From: Utricularia gibba
Lineage: Eukaryota > Plantae > Magnoliophyta
Assembly: GCA_002189035.1 (NCBI GenBank)
Contig: NEEC01000004.1
Location: 1,364,001-1,428,000, forward strand
Length of the DNA: 64,000 bases
Direction of reading: 5' to 3'
This document shows, piece by piece, positions 11,737-29,046 of this stretch (positions within the stretch are counted from its first letter, which is position 1; every line of letters begins with the position of its first letter). A model generated the notes under the pieces. It was not told the DNA's origin. It did no database searches and saw only the letters and a program-made list of their open reading frames with translations. The position numbers and the translations under genes were made by a program.

Positions 11737-13317
11737 GGCTGAAAAACCAGGAAACGATGTTAGGAACTAGGAAAGTTGGGGTTTTGCAAGGGAATCACCT
11801 ACCTGGAGAACTGGGGGGAGTTTCAAGGGAGGAGGGGGGGGAGAAAAGCCATCGGAGAAGAGAGGTATATATGAATGACGTCCAGATTCGGAACAAAGGA
11901 ATCAATCACATGGGCATAGCTTGTAAGGAAAAGGGTGATCAAAACTGGGACACGACAAAATACCTTTAAACCTTTCATTATTATTATTATTACTTTCAAA
12001 TTAACCTAATTAATAAAAAATAGTATTCTACCTTATAATTGATAATTTATCTTTTTATAATTAATATTTTTATCTTAATCGTGCAAATCAATGAACAATT
12101 TATCCCTATGACGTAGATTGGAGGATTAGGATTGGTGAGAGGAATTTTATTTTATTTTATTTTTTATTAAAGGGGATAGAACTCATCCTGATTCATATAA
12201 AGATACGTGGATGATGGTTACCACCATTGTTACGACAATTTGAGGGCAGGTGGACCGTGGACGTAACATAAGATGTGGTTGTATTGCAATTGTAGTTAAT
12301 TTGAAGTTAGTTTATCAACATGACATTAATTAGATTGAACCAATCGTCCTAATTATTATCAATTGGTTAAAGGTCAGATCATCAAGAAATTAAATAATTA
12401 ACACAAATTATTAATAAAAGTAAATTTCTAAAAAAAAACTGCATACCTAAATTGCTAAAGAAAATAACGGCAAATTGCCTAAGAAGCGAAGGACTCTTGT
12501 TACATACAATTGTTTTAGTGTTTCAAAATTATGTATATCATCTCATATTTTTGTATATAATATTATTTGTATTAAATATCTAATTTTTACGATTTTGTAT
12601 TATTTTATTCTGAAAAAAAATTCATATCAGATTAGAATAATAATTTTGTTTAAGTATATTCCCTTCTTTATTCATAACTCATGAAAAATAAAATTAAGAG
12701 ACCCCTGATTTTATATTAAATTCATTGATAAATTTTTATAAAATTTTTAACAAATTATAAAATCTAAAAATATTAAATTTAATTTTTTTTATTTTTAAAA
12801 TGAATTGAACTTAATTCAACCCATTATTAAAAAAAATCAAGGGGAATGAGATTGGGATGTGGAAATCACATGATGTATTCCTAATTGTGACCATATGGGA
12901 GATGGAGATCATCTGTGGTCGGAAGACGTCTCATACGGAATAAACCATAGAAGATTCCTTCCACCCAACGAGAGAGATTTCATCATTCATTGTCGTCTCA
13001 AAGCAGATAAGACATCAATGATTATGTCATCAAGAACCAGTTGCACCATTATCAAATGACATGATGCTCTTGTGGGGTTCCTTCACATGTCCATGATGGA
13101 ACCCTTTAATCCTGTATTCACATATCATAATGGCGTATAATAATTGATATAGTGCTCCAAATTTGACGATGATCAACAACTTACAGGTTTCTATTTCAGG
13201 GAGGTGATTGATCTACCGGTGAGAAGATTTATGTGTTGCACCTTCACTACAAAAAGATTTGAAATCGCTCAAACTAACCTTCAAAGCGGTGGTGCATAAG
13301 TTCAGGAATGTGGTAGC

Positions 13318-16300
13318 CTACTTGATTCCGAACTGTTGGAGAGAATCGGGGGCGAGGAGGAACACACGCCTCCGAGTTTGAAATCGGAAGACGACCACTC
13401 CTTTGTAAGCTGTCCTAGGCACACCATCCTGGGGAATGCATAGTGATACTACTACAATCAGATGGAATGGAAGGGAGGCAAACGTCTCATAGGTCATGCA
13501 TACTTGCCTTCCATTCTTCGAAAATGCCGAATTGCTGGGCTATGCGTTCAAAATCTCCCTGGTCACGATACACAATGCGAACATCGTCTGTGTTCCCTGG
13601 GATCGAATCATGTCCAGCTACAGGAGTTGCATTCTTGAGCAGTTCAGCGAAGTGTTTAGTGTATTGGTCCTGCAGAATTGCAGAAACGTAAGCATATTTC
13701 CATCACGCATTCTGTATTTCAGGGTACTGATGACGATTGAATTGATTGACTTGCCTGCTCCAGGTAGCTTAGGTTCATTGTCTTCCAATTCACCTGCCAG
13801 CATACATTATGTGGTATATATGATTATAGTTGAAGAGGATGGCTGCAACCCACTGAAACAATTGGTATGTACCTGGACGTCATTCAGTTTGATAGGTTCA
13901 AGATACTGTTTGAAGAATTGCCCCATGCTGGAACCCTGGTCAACAAGGGTTACAATTTTGTCACATTCTATGCATCATAGGACGATACGTACAAAACATA
14001 TCACTAACGTTCCTGAAAAGAATTGTTACAGGGACCTAATAAAACATCGAAGCTATTCAGTGGAAGATGAGTGGTAAATTTAAAAACTTACATGCTCGCC
14101 AAAATTGTAGGTTCGGCACACTTCTGGGCGAATAAATTGCCTGCCCTTGTGGTTTTCCTTCAGTCTTAACCAGTCGTCCCAGTAAGTGAATTTTTGTCAA
14201 GAAAAATCCTCAAGACACAATTTAGCATCAGAAAAATCAAATTAGAGATAGTGTAAAAACTTCGAAGATCTGGATATGCTTTTGGCCATTTAGGAGACAG
14301 TTCATCCCAAGTGGAACGTGTTAGCATCCATCCAAGGCCAGGGAAAAAATCTGAACGATAAAGCGCATCTAGGAGAGACAGCGAAACCAGATTTAGCGAC
14401 AGAACCAAAAAAACCCTCAAAGTATATCCATTCTGACAGACAAAATATAGGTTCTATAGTAATAAACTAACGAAAATGAAATTATTGGGAGACAATAGCA
14501 AAATTTTAAACTAGTCAAGCGGATCAGGCAAAGGAAACTGAGCAACTCACGAGGATCATATACATATTGTCTTTGTCCATTATCATTCCATGAAGAAATC
14601 GCCATAATGGATCTGTCATAGATGGATAAGAAACATAGGATAACATCCTTCAGAAACAAAAACTAAATAACTGCTCAAATCCTGGCCGTTAAGTAGAAGT
14701 ATATGCACATACTTGTCACGTTCAAGGAGGGCAGCCCCAGCCTCAAAGTAGTCAAAGAAATCAGGCGCTATCTCCATATCATCTGAAGGAAAATAAATAT
14801 TCGAACTTTAAAAATGACACAGGGTTAATATAAGCAGAAAAATGCAAACGAGAAGTTAAATCAGAACCTTCAAGGATGATGACACGGCTAAAGTCATATT
14901 TGTAGAACAACTGATCCAACGCCCATTTATAATGTCCTAAAGACAAGAAAGACTATACGAAAATGAACAGTCGCCCAACACGATAAATAATTAACATTTC
15001 GTGCAACTTTTACTTGCAATTTTGTAGTAGGCGATCAATTCCCCAGGTCTCTCTGTCTGAACGGCTCCATAATCAATATGCTGTAAAAAGAATATCAAAG
15101 AAACGAGCTTCATAAATCAGCTTGCATGAAACTAAAGAACTGCAGTCAGTCAAAAAGATGCTTTTGAAGGCGATAGAATTAAGTCTACTACCTGCATGTA
15201 GGTAAGCTGATCAAAACTCAGCGCCTTACTTTTAACCCGAGGATCTGATCCATCCTAGACCAAGTAAGAACGGGATATATGGTCAGTATGCAGGGAAAAA
15301 ACTTTCTAGTATTAACAGAAACGGAAATGCTCATTTTAGAGAACCTGAGAGACAAAGAGTGGATATTTTGAAGCAACAGGGGTATGGTACCTATTATGCA
15401 GGAGGACATTAAGTTGACTGCTTCCAACCGAGCATTAAATAAAATGTCAAAGCATATCTTACTTTAGAATAGATTTCAGAGTCCTTTCAAGGTAATCAGC
15501 ACGATTACAAGCCATCACCACAACTGCTGCAACTGGAACCTGATCACTTATTTTGTAGTGTAAACAGATAATAGAACAAACTATGAAGCATGATTTCGTT
15601 GACTTGAACTCATTGAAACCTTTATATGACCAGCCAATTTCTTGATATGCTTCTCTGCATGAATAATGGAAGCAGAAGAGTGAAGCAGGATTATAATAAG
15701 CTTAACACATTCGATAATCTGGCAACAGAACAATGAAGATTCTGAAATGCAACTATTAGTGGCTACGCAGAATGAGCACAGGAATGGATGGCATTGAAAA
15801 TTTAATGATAATAAGGCAGGCAAGAGATGCGAAGGTAAAAAGTAACCCCAAAAATAAAAGGGATAATGAAACTCACTTCCAAGTTCTTCAACCAGCGCCT
15901 TCAGCTGTATGCATTTTTCTTGTTGAAGTTTCATTTCTTCTGATACACAGGCAGACTGTCTACGTTAACAGCCATAAGATAGGAAACAGTAAAAATAAAG
16001 ACTAACATCCTCAAATTGTTAGTCCTAGACATAGCGAGCTCACTGCGAATGAAAAAATAGAATAAAACCTTCAAGGGAAGATATTTTTCCTCGTTGCATG
16101 CTGATCTCATCGATCATCCGTTTTGTCTGTCTAATGCATTGTTTTTCTGACTCAATCTGCCATCGTAGAATTTAAAGATAATAATGATGAAAAAAATTTT
16201 AAAATTCCTCTAAATTTCCTAAATCGAAGCACGAACCACATAATCTAAGGAAAGTATTCAACTGATATAGCTAAAGACAAACTTAGAAAGTTGAAACTAG

Positions 16301-16651
16301 AATAAAATGTACGTACCGCATCAGCAAGCCGATCGGCGTATTGAGATTGAGCAGAAAAAAGACGAATCTGTGCGTCACGAAAACCAAATCAAGTTACGTT
16401 AGTTAACAAGTCCTGATAACTGAAAGAACGCTTCTCTCATATGCTAATAGGCGCAACGGCGATGGCGATAAAAAAAGGTTTCATGAAACTCTAGAGTTCC
16501 TAAAAACAATATCTCCGATTAGCAATTACTTGCTACCGGGAAGCCGATCAGTTCTCAGAGAAAATTCAGGGAGATTTCTAACCTGGATGTAGACGAAAAG
16601 CACAACAACAATGACGAGGAGGTAGCGGTAGTCGAAATAGCGCCGCCGCAT
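13318..16651 (-). CDS. CGL1: Alpha-1,3-mannosyl-glycoprotein beta-1,2-N-acetylglucosaminyltransferase I (GT13), many short exons
   Basis: Type II TM start MRRRYFDYRYLLVIVVVLFVYIQ; HYKWALDQLF, VIILEDDMEIAPDFF, LYRSDFFPGLGWML, WPKAYWDDWLR; ends DGVPRTAYKGVVVFRFQTRRRVFLLAPDSLQQFGIK* (TAG 13318). Confidence 0.93.
13429..13507 (-). other. GC-AG intron (79 nt) in GnTI
   Basis: Donor GAATGGAAG|GCAAGTA, acceptor TTCCCCAG|GATGGT; the join restores EEWK-DGVPRT. Confidence 0.75.
14186..14277 (-). other. AT-AC minor-class (U12-type) intron (92 nt) in GnTI
   Basis: Exon ...CCA AAA GC|ATATCCAGATC ... TTTTTCTTGAC AAAAATTCAC|T TAC TGG GAC. Branch-like TTCTTGAC ends 10 nt before the 3' end. This is the only join I found that gives KWPKAYWDDW. 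Confidence 0.8.
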
Positions 16652-17667
16652 TCTCGGTGTTACCCCCTCCGTCGCTCTTCTCTTTACGATTATGTTCGCC
16701 GCGTAGTCGTCAAGACCTGGCCAAGCAACGCCGTCCGAAGTCCATCGGAGTAACGTACAAATGAAATATTTCAATATTTTTCAGTCTTCCTGATAATGGG
16801 CCATCATGCCCAGTGACAAGTTCTTTACCTTAATATAATTTCTTTCTACAGTAGGAGAAAAGCCCAAACCAACGAACCGGTCGCGGGCAGTCGACCCAGA
16901 AAAGTCTCTGCTATAAATCTAACTCAATACTCTCTTCTTTCGTGTTCTTTCTTTTTTTTTTCGTGAATTCCTGCACTAAAAGCCCTACAATTGAAGCATC
17001 GTGGACGATCTTCACGTACATTTATTTTTTTTTTCTTTTAAATTTCGATATTTTTCAACTTATTTTAATTCATTATATCATATAATGATTTATATTTAAA
17101 CATGAATATAGATCTTTTATACTATAATATCAAATATTCTCTAATGCCGTGTTTTTGGTAATAAGGATAAAATGAGATATTCCAGAATGTTGGATAATAA
17201 TAACATATTTGATAATTAGAATTAAATTTTTTTAGAATACTTTTTTATTTTCTATAAATCATAAAATTGTCTTCACCAACATACCTTCTTATTTTTATAT
17301 CTTCAATCAGAATAAATTTATATTGAAATGATATATACCAGTATAACTAACAAACAATGACTAAAGTTTATAGATCTGGATAAGATGGAATTAGATGGAA
17401 CGCTTCCTTTCTCCTTTATGGATGCCTTTGGGCCTATTGGGTTGGTTGATTGAGTATTAATAGGTGTGAAGTTTGGGGCTTGCGACATGGGCTCTTGGAG
17501 ACATAGTCTGCGGTCCACTACGACTTGCGATTTGTGAATACGATCGATCTCTTCAGAATTCACGTTTCTCAGGACAAGTGCTGGTCGAAATCATTGCCAG
17601 ATCTCATTTGCTGATACGCCTTTCTCCTCCATTCCACTCGTATTTCTGTTTAATCTGATCTCTCACC

Positions 17668-21883
<4,216 letters not shown>

Positions 21884-22840
21884 TGAATCCACGCAGGTCT
21901 GGTCATTGTGAACCACCAAAACTGAATTTATTTGAAATTCCACCATAAAATAAGCACTCCCCATGGTTTGTTGTGATAAGATGATATGCATCAAGTTGAT
22001 ATTTGCATGTGTTTATGAGCCTCTGTAATAATAGCATCCGTTGCTAGTGATGTTTTCCAGATCCAATGAACTGCTGAAATGTTCAATTTGAGTTGCGATT
22101 TTTGTTTTTTCCCACCATCATCTCACCATAGGTATCTCAGACAGGGATAACTGTAAAATTTTGTGTCCTCAGGCAGGGATCTCGGTAAGATTGTGAACGA
22201 TGATCAAATAGCTAGACATAGTGGGTATTGCCTATGCTCAGATTTAAATGAATTTTTTTATATTCCTGTCCTAAAATATTGCATTTATTGAGTTTCCTAT
22301 GTCGATATTTGAATGCTAAAAGACAACCCATTACCCACCAAGAACTTCGGTTTTTGTTGTCTTGGGATAATATTTGGTTTTGTGACTTGATTTGGTCGTA
22401 TCGAAGGTGCGGGTGGGGGGACGTGTACGGTCGTGGGGCGCACGGGACAACTTGTTCGGAATATATTTTCCAAGGCGTGTCTTGATTTCCCGATTTAACC
22501 AATTTTGGTGACGTCACCTAAATTGTGATTGGCCCCGCAACCCAGCCCTAGAATTCCCCGAATCCGCCACCACTTCTTCTTGCCCCCAATCCGTCTTCTA
22601 ATCTTCACCGTTCAGTCTCCCCATTCTCGATCTCAACCGACTCTGGTTTCTTGTATTAACTTTTTCTTTTCTTTTTTGATTGCACGGTTTTTTTCATCTG
22701 CGCTGTCCCTTTATTGTCTCGATGTACAGTGTAGTTGGTTTATTTTTGTCGATGTTGTTAAGGTTGTACCGTTCTTGAACTAACTGTTGGATTTGACAAG
22801 ATAGAGAGCTCGTTTAGTGTTTACATGCTGTTGAGTGAGG

Positions 22841-24994
22841 ATGAATGTGATTCATGTTAATGAACCTGGGATGTCGCATTACTTGGAAGATGAATTGCAT
22901 CACCACATTCGCGGACGGAATGTGAATGATGGTGATGACGGGACTATAAGCATTGGCGGCAGAGGTGCTGTTGATGACGCAATGGATGGGGATGCTGTGG
23001 GTGAATTAGGGAATCATTCTGATACCAGGGTTCATTGGTGCCTCATGTTGGCGGCGGTGACAGCAGTGACCAGTTAACTCTGACATTTCAGGGCCAAGTT
23101 TATGTTTTTGATTCAGTCTCTCCGGACAAGGTTCGTATAAGTCGGTTTATGCTTTCTGTGATATATGGGGACGAAAGAACTTATTTTGATTCCACATTTT
23201 AACCACCCACATGCCCGTTTTTCTAAGTTTCATGATATAAAGTCACCACATTTGTAGTAAAGTTTTCTCTTCAAATGTTGAAGATTTCATAAGACATGTA
23301 TGCCAGTTGCAATGTATATTCAGCCTACACTGTCCTAGTATCACCAAATGCCTCTGCGTTAGAAATAATGGAAAGGGATGATTTTAAGAATGTGTGTCTT
23401 TAAGAATTGAGTTGCTAAAAAAAATATTCAGTCTATACTGTCCTAGTATCATTCTTAGGTCTTGAATTGTTGAACTACGCGTGTATTCTTGATCAATAAG
23501 CTAATTTCTTGTTTTATAATACTTCTTGTCCTTTTGAGCTTCTATACTCTGAATATTTCATCAAGGTTCAAGCAGTGCTACTGCTGCTGGGAGGGCGTGA
23601 GGTACCACCTAGCATCCCCACAGCACCAATGTCCACGTCATCGAACAAAGTGAGTTTTCATCCTTAATAGTTCTTGTGTAATGTTAAGCCATTTTCTTCT
23701 TTCTCATGAACATTGTTGGCAGGCAAACAGACCACAAAAGTTCAATGTTCCCCAAAGAATGGCATCACTGATAAGGTTTCGTGAGAAGCGTAAAGAACGC
23801 AACTTTGATAAGAAAATACGCTACACCGTTCGTAAAGAAGTTGCTTTAAGGTTTACGTCCTGTTGTGTTTTATTGGTATTATTATCTAAACTCAACCTCT
23901 GGCCAGTTCTTGGACTTAATGCTTGTTTATGTGAAGGATGCAAAGGAATAAAGGTCAATTTACATCCTCAAAGCCAACTCAAGATGAAGCTGCCTCAGTA
24001 GATTCAAGTTGGGAATCAACCCAAAGTTGGGCAACCCAAGTCAATGGATCTCAGGTTCAAGATGCTTTGTAAGTTTATTTTCCTTGGCATTTCTTCATTA
24101 TATCATCTGACAAATGGTTTTGATTTACCCATGGTCTTTGCATATAGCGATTAGGATAAGATCAGATTTTATAATTTGCATCTCAGTATCCCATATAAAC
24201 TGCAGAAGTATCATAAGTCTCCCCGTCGGCATGAAATACCGAAGTGCTGCTTATTTATAACAATGAGGGCATTAACATTGAAATGCTTGCAGCATACTAG
24301 CTTCAGTTTTCTGGTTATTTTCCAAATGTCTCCTTCCTCGGGTATTCCATGAAAGTAATAGCCCTCGAATTATTTAGGATAAGAGTTAAGGGTTCTCTCA
24401 TTTTCATGCATCTAAATCAGTAGCCTAACTCTGGTGGGCTTACAAGGGTTTAAGGGATTAGAAGTGGATGTTGAAGCTGCCTTGACTTCTTTCAAATGGA
24501 TCTCTCAGCTGCAGGCATTGTGGCATCAGTGAGAAGTTCACTCCAATGATGCGACGCGGACCAGAAGGACCGAGGACCCTTTGCAATGCATGTGGGCTTA
24601 TGTGGGCCAACAAGGTACTCTAGAATACATTCTGCTTATATCTACCGCAATTTGTGGGACAACTTTATACATCAGAAACCTTAGCTGTACAAGTGATCGC
24701 ATTATTGTGAAAAACACTTAACTTCCATAGGAGGTTTCGTTCAGGGATTCATTTGCTATCTTAGTGAACTCACTGAGATTTATCCAATCAGGGAACCCTG
24801 AGGGACCTGTCCAAAACAACCCATCTGGGATCAACTCCTACGCACGCGAAAACTGAGGAGGTACGCTTGAATTCTGAGTAGCATTCTGTTTCACAGAACG
24901 TAAATTGAGTTTGCTTGTGGTTTTTCTGCAGGATGGGAACTTTGAAGGGGAAGATATGGTTATGAGTGCAGCAGCAGCGCACCCGGAGGAATGA
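22841..24994 (+). CDS. ZML1: ZIM-like GATA transcription factor (TIFY + CCT + GATA zinc finger); stop position approximate
   Basis: [25 protein letters not shown]; [35 protein letters not shown]; zinc finger CRHCG...[25 protein letters not shown]. One G-run deletion at 23028-23030. ZML1 versus ZML2 orthology not resolved. Confidence 0.85.
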
Positions 24995-25150
24995 TTAATT
25001 TTTGTTTACTACTGCAAATAGGAAGAAGTGACTTGTAAACTAGCTACTAATTAATATGGTACTGAAGAACTGGGGACAAGTTTCTCTTTCCCTTCTAATA
25101 ATGGAGTCTGTTAGGCACTTGGATTCGATAACATTACCGCAAAGAAAATG

Positions 25151-27083
25151 TCATGCCGACTGTCTGACCATCAAAACCTCATTGCAGAGTTTCTTAGGTA
25201 CTTGTTCCAATGCCCTGCCTTCCTGCCAAGCTTGGCCAACCATCACCCCCGGACCCAAATGCCGAATGTAGACAACCACTTGATCGCTCAGTGGCCATGG
25301 AAGCTTTGCTGAAACCAACAATGTGTTACATACTTGATGACAGAAACATCAAAACACAGACGCGAATGGGTGGTTTACCTGGTTTTGGAAATTCGGCCGG
25401 ATACTCCGGTAGGTCAGGGACCCCATCTCCGAACTCATATGCAAAGTCACAGGGCTGCTCGGTTGCCATCACTTCATTCACTTCTTTGACACTGAAGTAC
25501 ACAGGCAGGGGACTGGGAGACTTGAGTCTGAGCAATCCCGTAAGGTTGTACCCCCCTGGAAAGAAACCTTGTGATTCAATGTGGGAGCATGTGATCACTA
25601 TTTTACAGAATGCATGTTGAGAACCACTCACGAATCCACATAGAAAATAAGCATGGTTATGAATCAAGGTTGTGTTGTTTAACTGTATACCGATAAATCT
25701 TCCATAGACTTTCCCGTCACTGCAGCAGAATATTGCCTGGGTGAAGACAGGGCAAAACAGCCAAGGATAATGACCATGAGCATTTGAAATAGCAGGAAAA
25801 ATGTCGAAAACTTTAAGAAAAAAAGGGAACTATAGATGCACTCAAAGCCGGGTTCTCAACCTTCTGAGAAGAATGGATCCAAGAAATGGAAAAGGGAGCT
25901 GTCAGCATATACCAGCATTACGTTAGACGATGACAGCACCAATGATTAAAGTAGGATTAAAAAAATTTGAGTATAACAGAGCTACTTAGGGAACATTTTC
26001 TGTAGATCACCTCCTGTTGTTCGGATATTCCATAGCTCAAGACAGCCAGCACCATCTTCACCTGAAAGCAGCCGAGATGCACTTTTTTTCGCTAACTTGG
26101 GATCATCATATCGACTCCCCCCAACCTCCCATGCTCTTGAAATTAATCTAGAAGAAGCACTTGTTACAAAGTTCAACCAAATCTAAGAAAAGAGCAAGCA
26201 TTGCTTCGATATTTGGTAACTACCCAATACTTCTAAAAATTCCTCTAATAACAAAATGAAGCAAATCCCACGAAAACCAGTGTTGGAGCATCATAAAAAA
26301 TGGAGCCTACGTACTATTTACTAGGGGTACTCATTCAACAAGTTGTTAGGCTTAAGAAACCTGGCATCAAGAAGAGACAGCAGATGGTGCCGCCTTTCTT
26401 CAGGAATGTCATCAATTTTCTTCCTACAGGTGTAACCATGAACATTACGTGATATGTTAGCTTACATGCAGAAGGACAGGTTCACAAACGAAAGAAAGAC
26501 TCGTAGTAAACGCTTTGATCACGAACGGTGTCATAGCCAAAAGTTTATTCTCCAGAAAATAGGAATTTGACTCGAGTTTGAGCAAACATAATCGAATTCC
26601 GAAAAGCGTAAAGAATGGATCTTGTTTATCCCCTCATTTAGTAATAAGCACAAAGCTCCAGCGAACTGCTTCAATGACGATGAGATAAGCTAACTTCTTT
26701 CTAAGTTCTCATTTGATCACCCACCAAATATACGAAGCTGGATTGAACGATGAAGGGTCCAACGGAATGAGCTGCTTCGGAGGGTCAAGAAAAGTCACTA
26801 TGTCCTGCTCGTCCAAGTAATACCTCTCGCCATTATCGTATACTTCGGAATGCCTCGTATCCCAATCCGACGACGCTCCAAAATTTGCTCTAAAGCTACC
26901 TTTTCCATAACCTGTCTGTAAATTCCCGATCCTGCTTCGGGAATTTATCAATCTACACTTCCACTCACCAACACTAAGCTTCAATAAAACACGAGGTATG
27001 GGAAGATGAAGGGATGGCGAAAACTGACGGCCGGTCCAGACGGCGCCACCGTGATAACCGGTGAAGATCGGAGTTGCCAGCAT
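25151..27083 (-). CDS. Conserved-looking plant protein of unknown function with a plastid-transit-peptide-like N-terminus, multi-exon
   Basis: ATG 27083 (MLATPIFTG...). GT-AG exons join in frame: [24 protein letters not shown]|[11 protein letters not shown]..|[20 protein letters not shown]..|[18 protein letters not shown]..|[27 protein letters not shown] (TGA 25151). Confidence 0.75.
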
Positions 27084-27254
27084 AGACACAAAAGAACTCT
27101 GGATATCGGACAGCCAGCCCAACAGATTATATCAGCCCATTTATTGATGTGTTTTGGCCCATTTCTAAACTATTCAGGTAATGGCTACATTCCAGTTCGG
27201 CCCCAATCCATCTCCAAATCACACGAGCGAATCCGAGAAAGGGAGCAACAAGCG
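27084..27254. promoter_or_regulatory. 171-bp bidirectional promoter with site II (TGGGCY) motifs
   Basis: Divergent ATGs at 27083 (-) and 27255 (+). AGCCCA at ~27116 and ~27134, GGCCCA at 27156. Confidence 0.65.
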
Positions 27255-28223
27255 ATGGCGTCGAATGCCGCTGTTCCGTTCTGGAGAGCCGCTGGAATGA
27301 CTTACATAACGTATTCCAACCTCTGCGCCAATTTGGTAAGGCAGTGCTTGAAGGAGCCTCACAGATCCGAAGCATTGACCCGCGAGAAAGTCCATTTTTC
27401 GGTTTCCAAATGGGTCGACGGCAAACCTGAGAAACCAAGTAATTCGAATCTTCCTTGGTTTTTTATGTAAATTCTCGTATGCTGAATAATGCAATTTGGG
27501 TGCTGGATTTATGCGGGTGATAACCAATTTTACATTCGTTTCTCTGTTTTGCTGAGGTTTCACATTTTGGTTTATTTGGGCGAATTTCTTTTATCCCTGC
27601 TGGTTTTTCATGGTTATATGCTAGTATCTGTTTAATTGGTTATCTTGATTGCGATTATATTATGGTTTTGAGTCGCCCATTGTTGGTGATGCTGCCTTAT
27701 TCTAATTCTTTCTTGCTGTGTTTCTCTGGAAGCTAGAAACAGAATGCATAGAATAGCTGTTTAATTTTTTTTTTTCCTTGAAGGCGATGGTATTTAATGG
27801 AATTTAGTTTCTAGAGGTGCTTTATGGCATTTTTCTTTGAAAGGCGATTGGCAGTGTCCTTGTTTAGATACGTCTTGAATACACCTGGATATAAAGACAG
27901 AACTCATGCCATTTGGAATGTTTCTCCATGGAACCACGGATTGTTAACACATTCGAAAGCAAATAGCATGCTTCCCAATCCCTGGTTCATGTTTTTTTTT
28001 TCTTGAGAATGATGTTTGTTTTGGGGTTGCATTCTGGTTTACCATGTTGATGATGGAGTCATTTAATGAACGGAGTCCTGAAGACTGTGTGTTCATCGTT
28101 GGTCTTGCATCTATTTCATTGCCTCTTGCGACCCTCTTAGTCTGTTTGTTAAATCCATGATAAAACTGTGCACTTTCCTGTTTCCTCTCTTCAGCTCTAC
28201 GCTCAGACATCCCAGACAAATGA
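27255..28223 (+). CDS. Mitochondrial F1 ATP synthase subunit epsilon; exons 27255-27438 and 28195-28223
   Basis: [61 protein letters not shown]|TLRSDIPDK*. Confidence 0.93.
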
Positions 28224-28990
28224 GGTGGGCTTGGGAAACTCTGAACCATGCATCTGCTTCTTCCTTCTTCCTGCTGCCTCTGCATCTTCTTCACTGACAA
28301 TAATGAGGCGCTTGGACCTATCTGCATCCTCATGTTAGTTACATTCGCTACTTTTTTTTCATGAAAGAGCAAAGAATAGATAAACACCACATTCGTCCCC
28401 CATGATGGGTGGCGTGGCAGGTGGGAGCAGTTTGATTTGTCTCAGTTGTCAGGATTCCATCCGGCGGTAGATGAGCCTTGATGGCTCATTCAAAGACCGT
28501 ACTCCTTATTTCTCCTCAATAATTGTCACATTAATCATGGTCAGTCCTGCTGCTCATTATCCAAGTCATGGTTTTGAACCTGTGTTTTAACAAATGGGGA
28601 CCTAAGCTTTTTAATCATGGTTAAAGATCATGGTTTTTTGATAGTATAAATTAAATAATGATATATTTAAATAAATGTAAAAACATTATTTTACATAAAA
28701 TTTATAAATGTGTTTAAAATAAAAAAATAATAAGCCAAAATTTATTTGATTAAAAAAATTATAAAATATATAATTATTTTATAAAATACATTTATATTGA
28801 ATAATAATTTATAATAAGATTACAATACATGGTATTAATAGTGGAATGCCATAATCTTCTTGGGTTTTTTTCCGCGGTGATAAGGTCTAGCTTTCTTACC
28901 ATGGTTTTCTAAACCACCCACACCGATGCGTAGCTGGCGAGAAAGGGTCGTTTGCGGTGCACGATAACGAAGATATTGTGCTCGGAGCGG

Positions 28991-28994
28991 AAAA

Positions 28995-29046
<52 letters not shown>
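28991..29046. repeat. Poly(A) run followed by (TA)n microsatellite
   Basis: A13 followed by about 16 TA units. Confidence 0.9.

Noticed and set aside
28009-28081. Possible C/D-box snoRNA in the ATP epsilon intron (ATGATGT...TGATGA...CTGA)
   Set aside because: Box C is imperfect, and the 9-nt complementarity to 18S rRNA is not positioned next to a D or D' box. snoScan would settle it.
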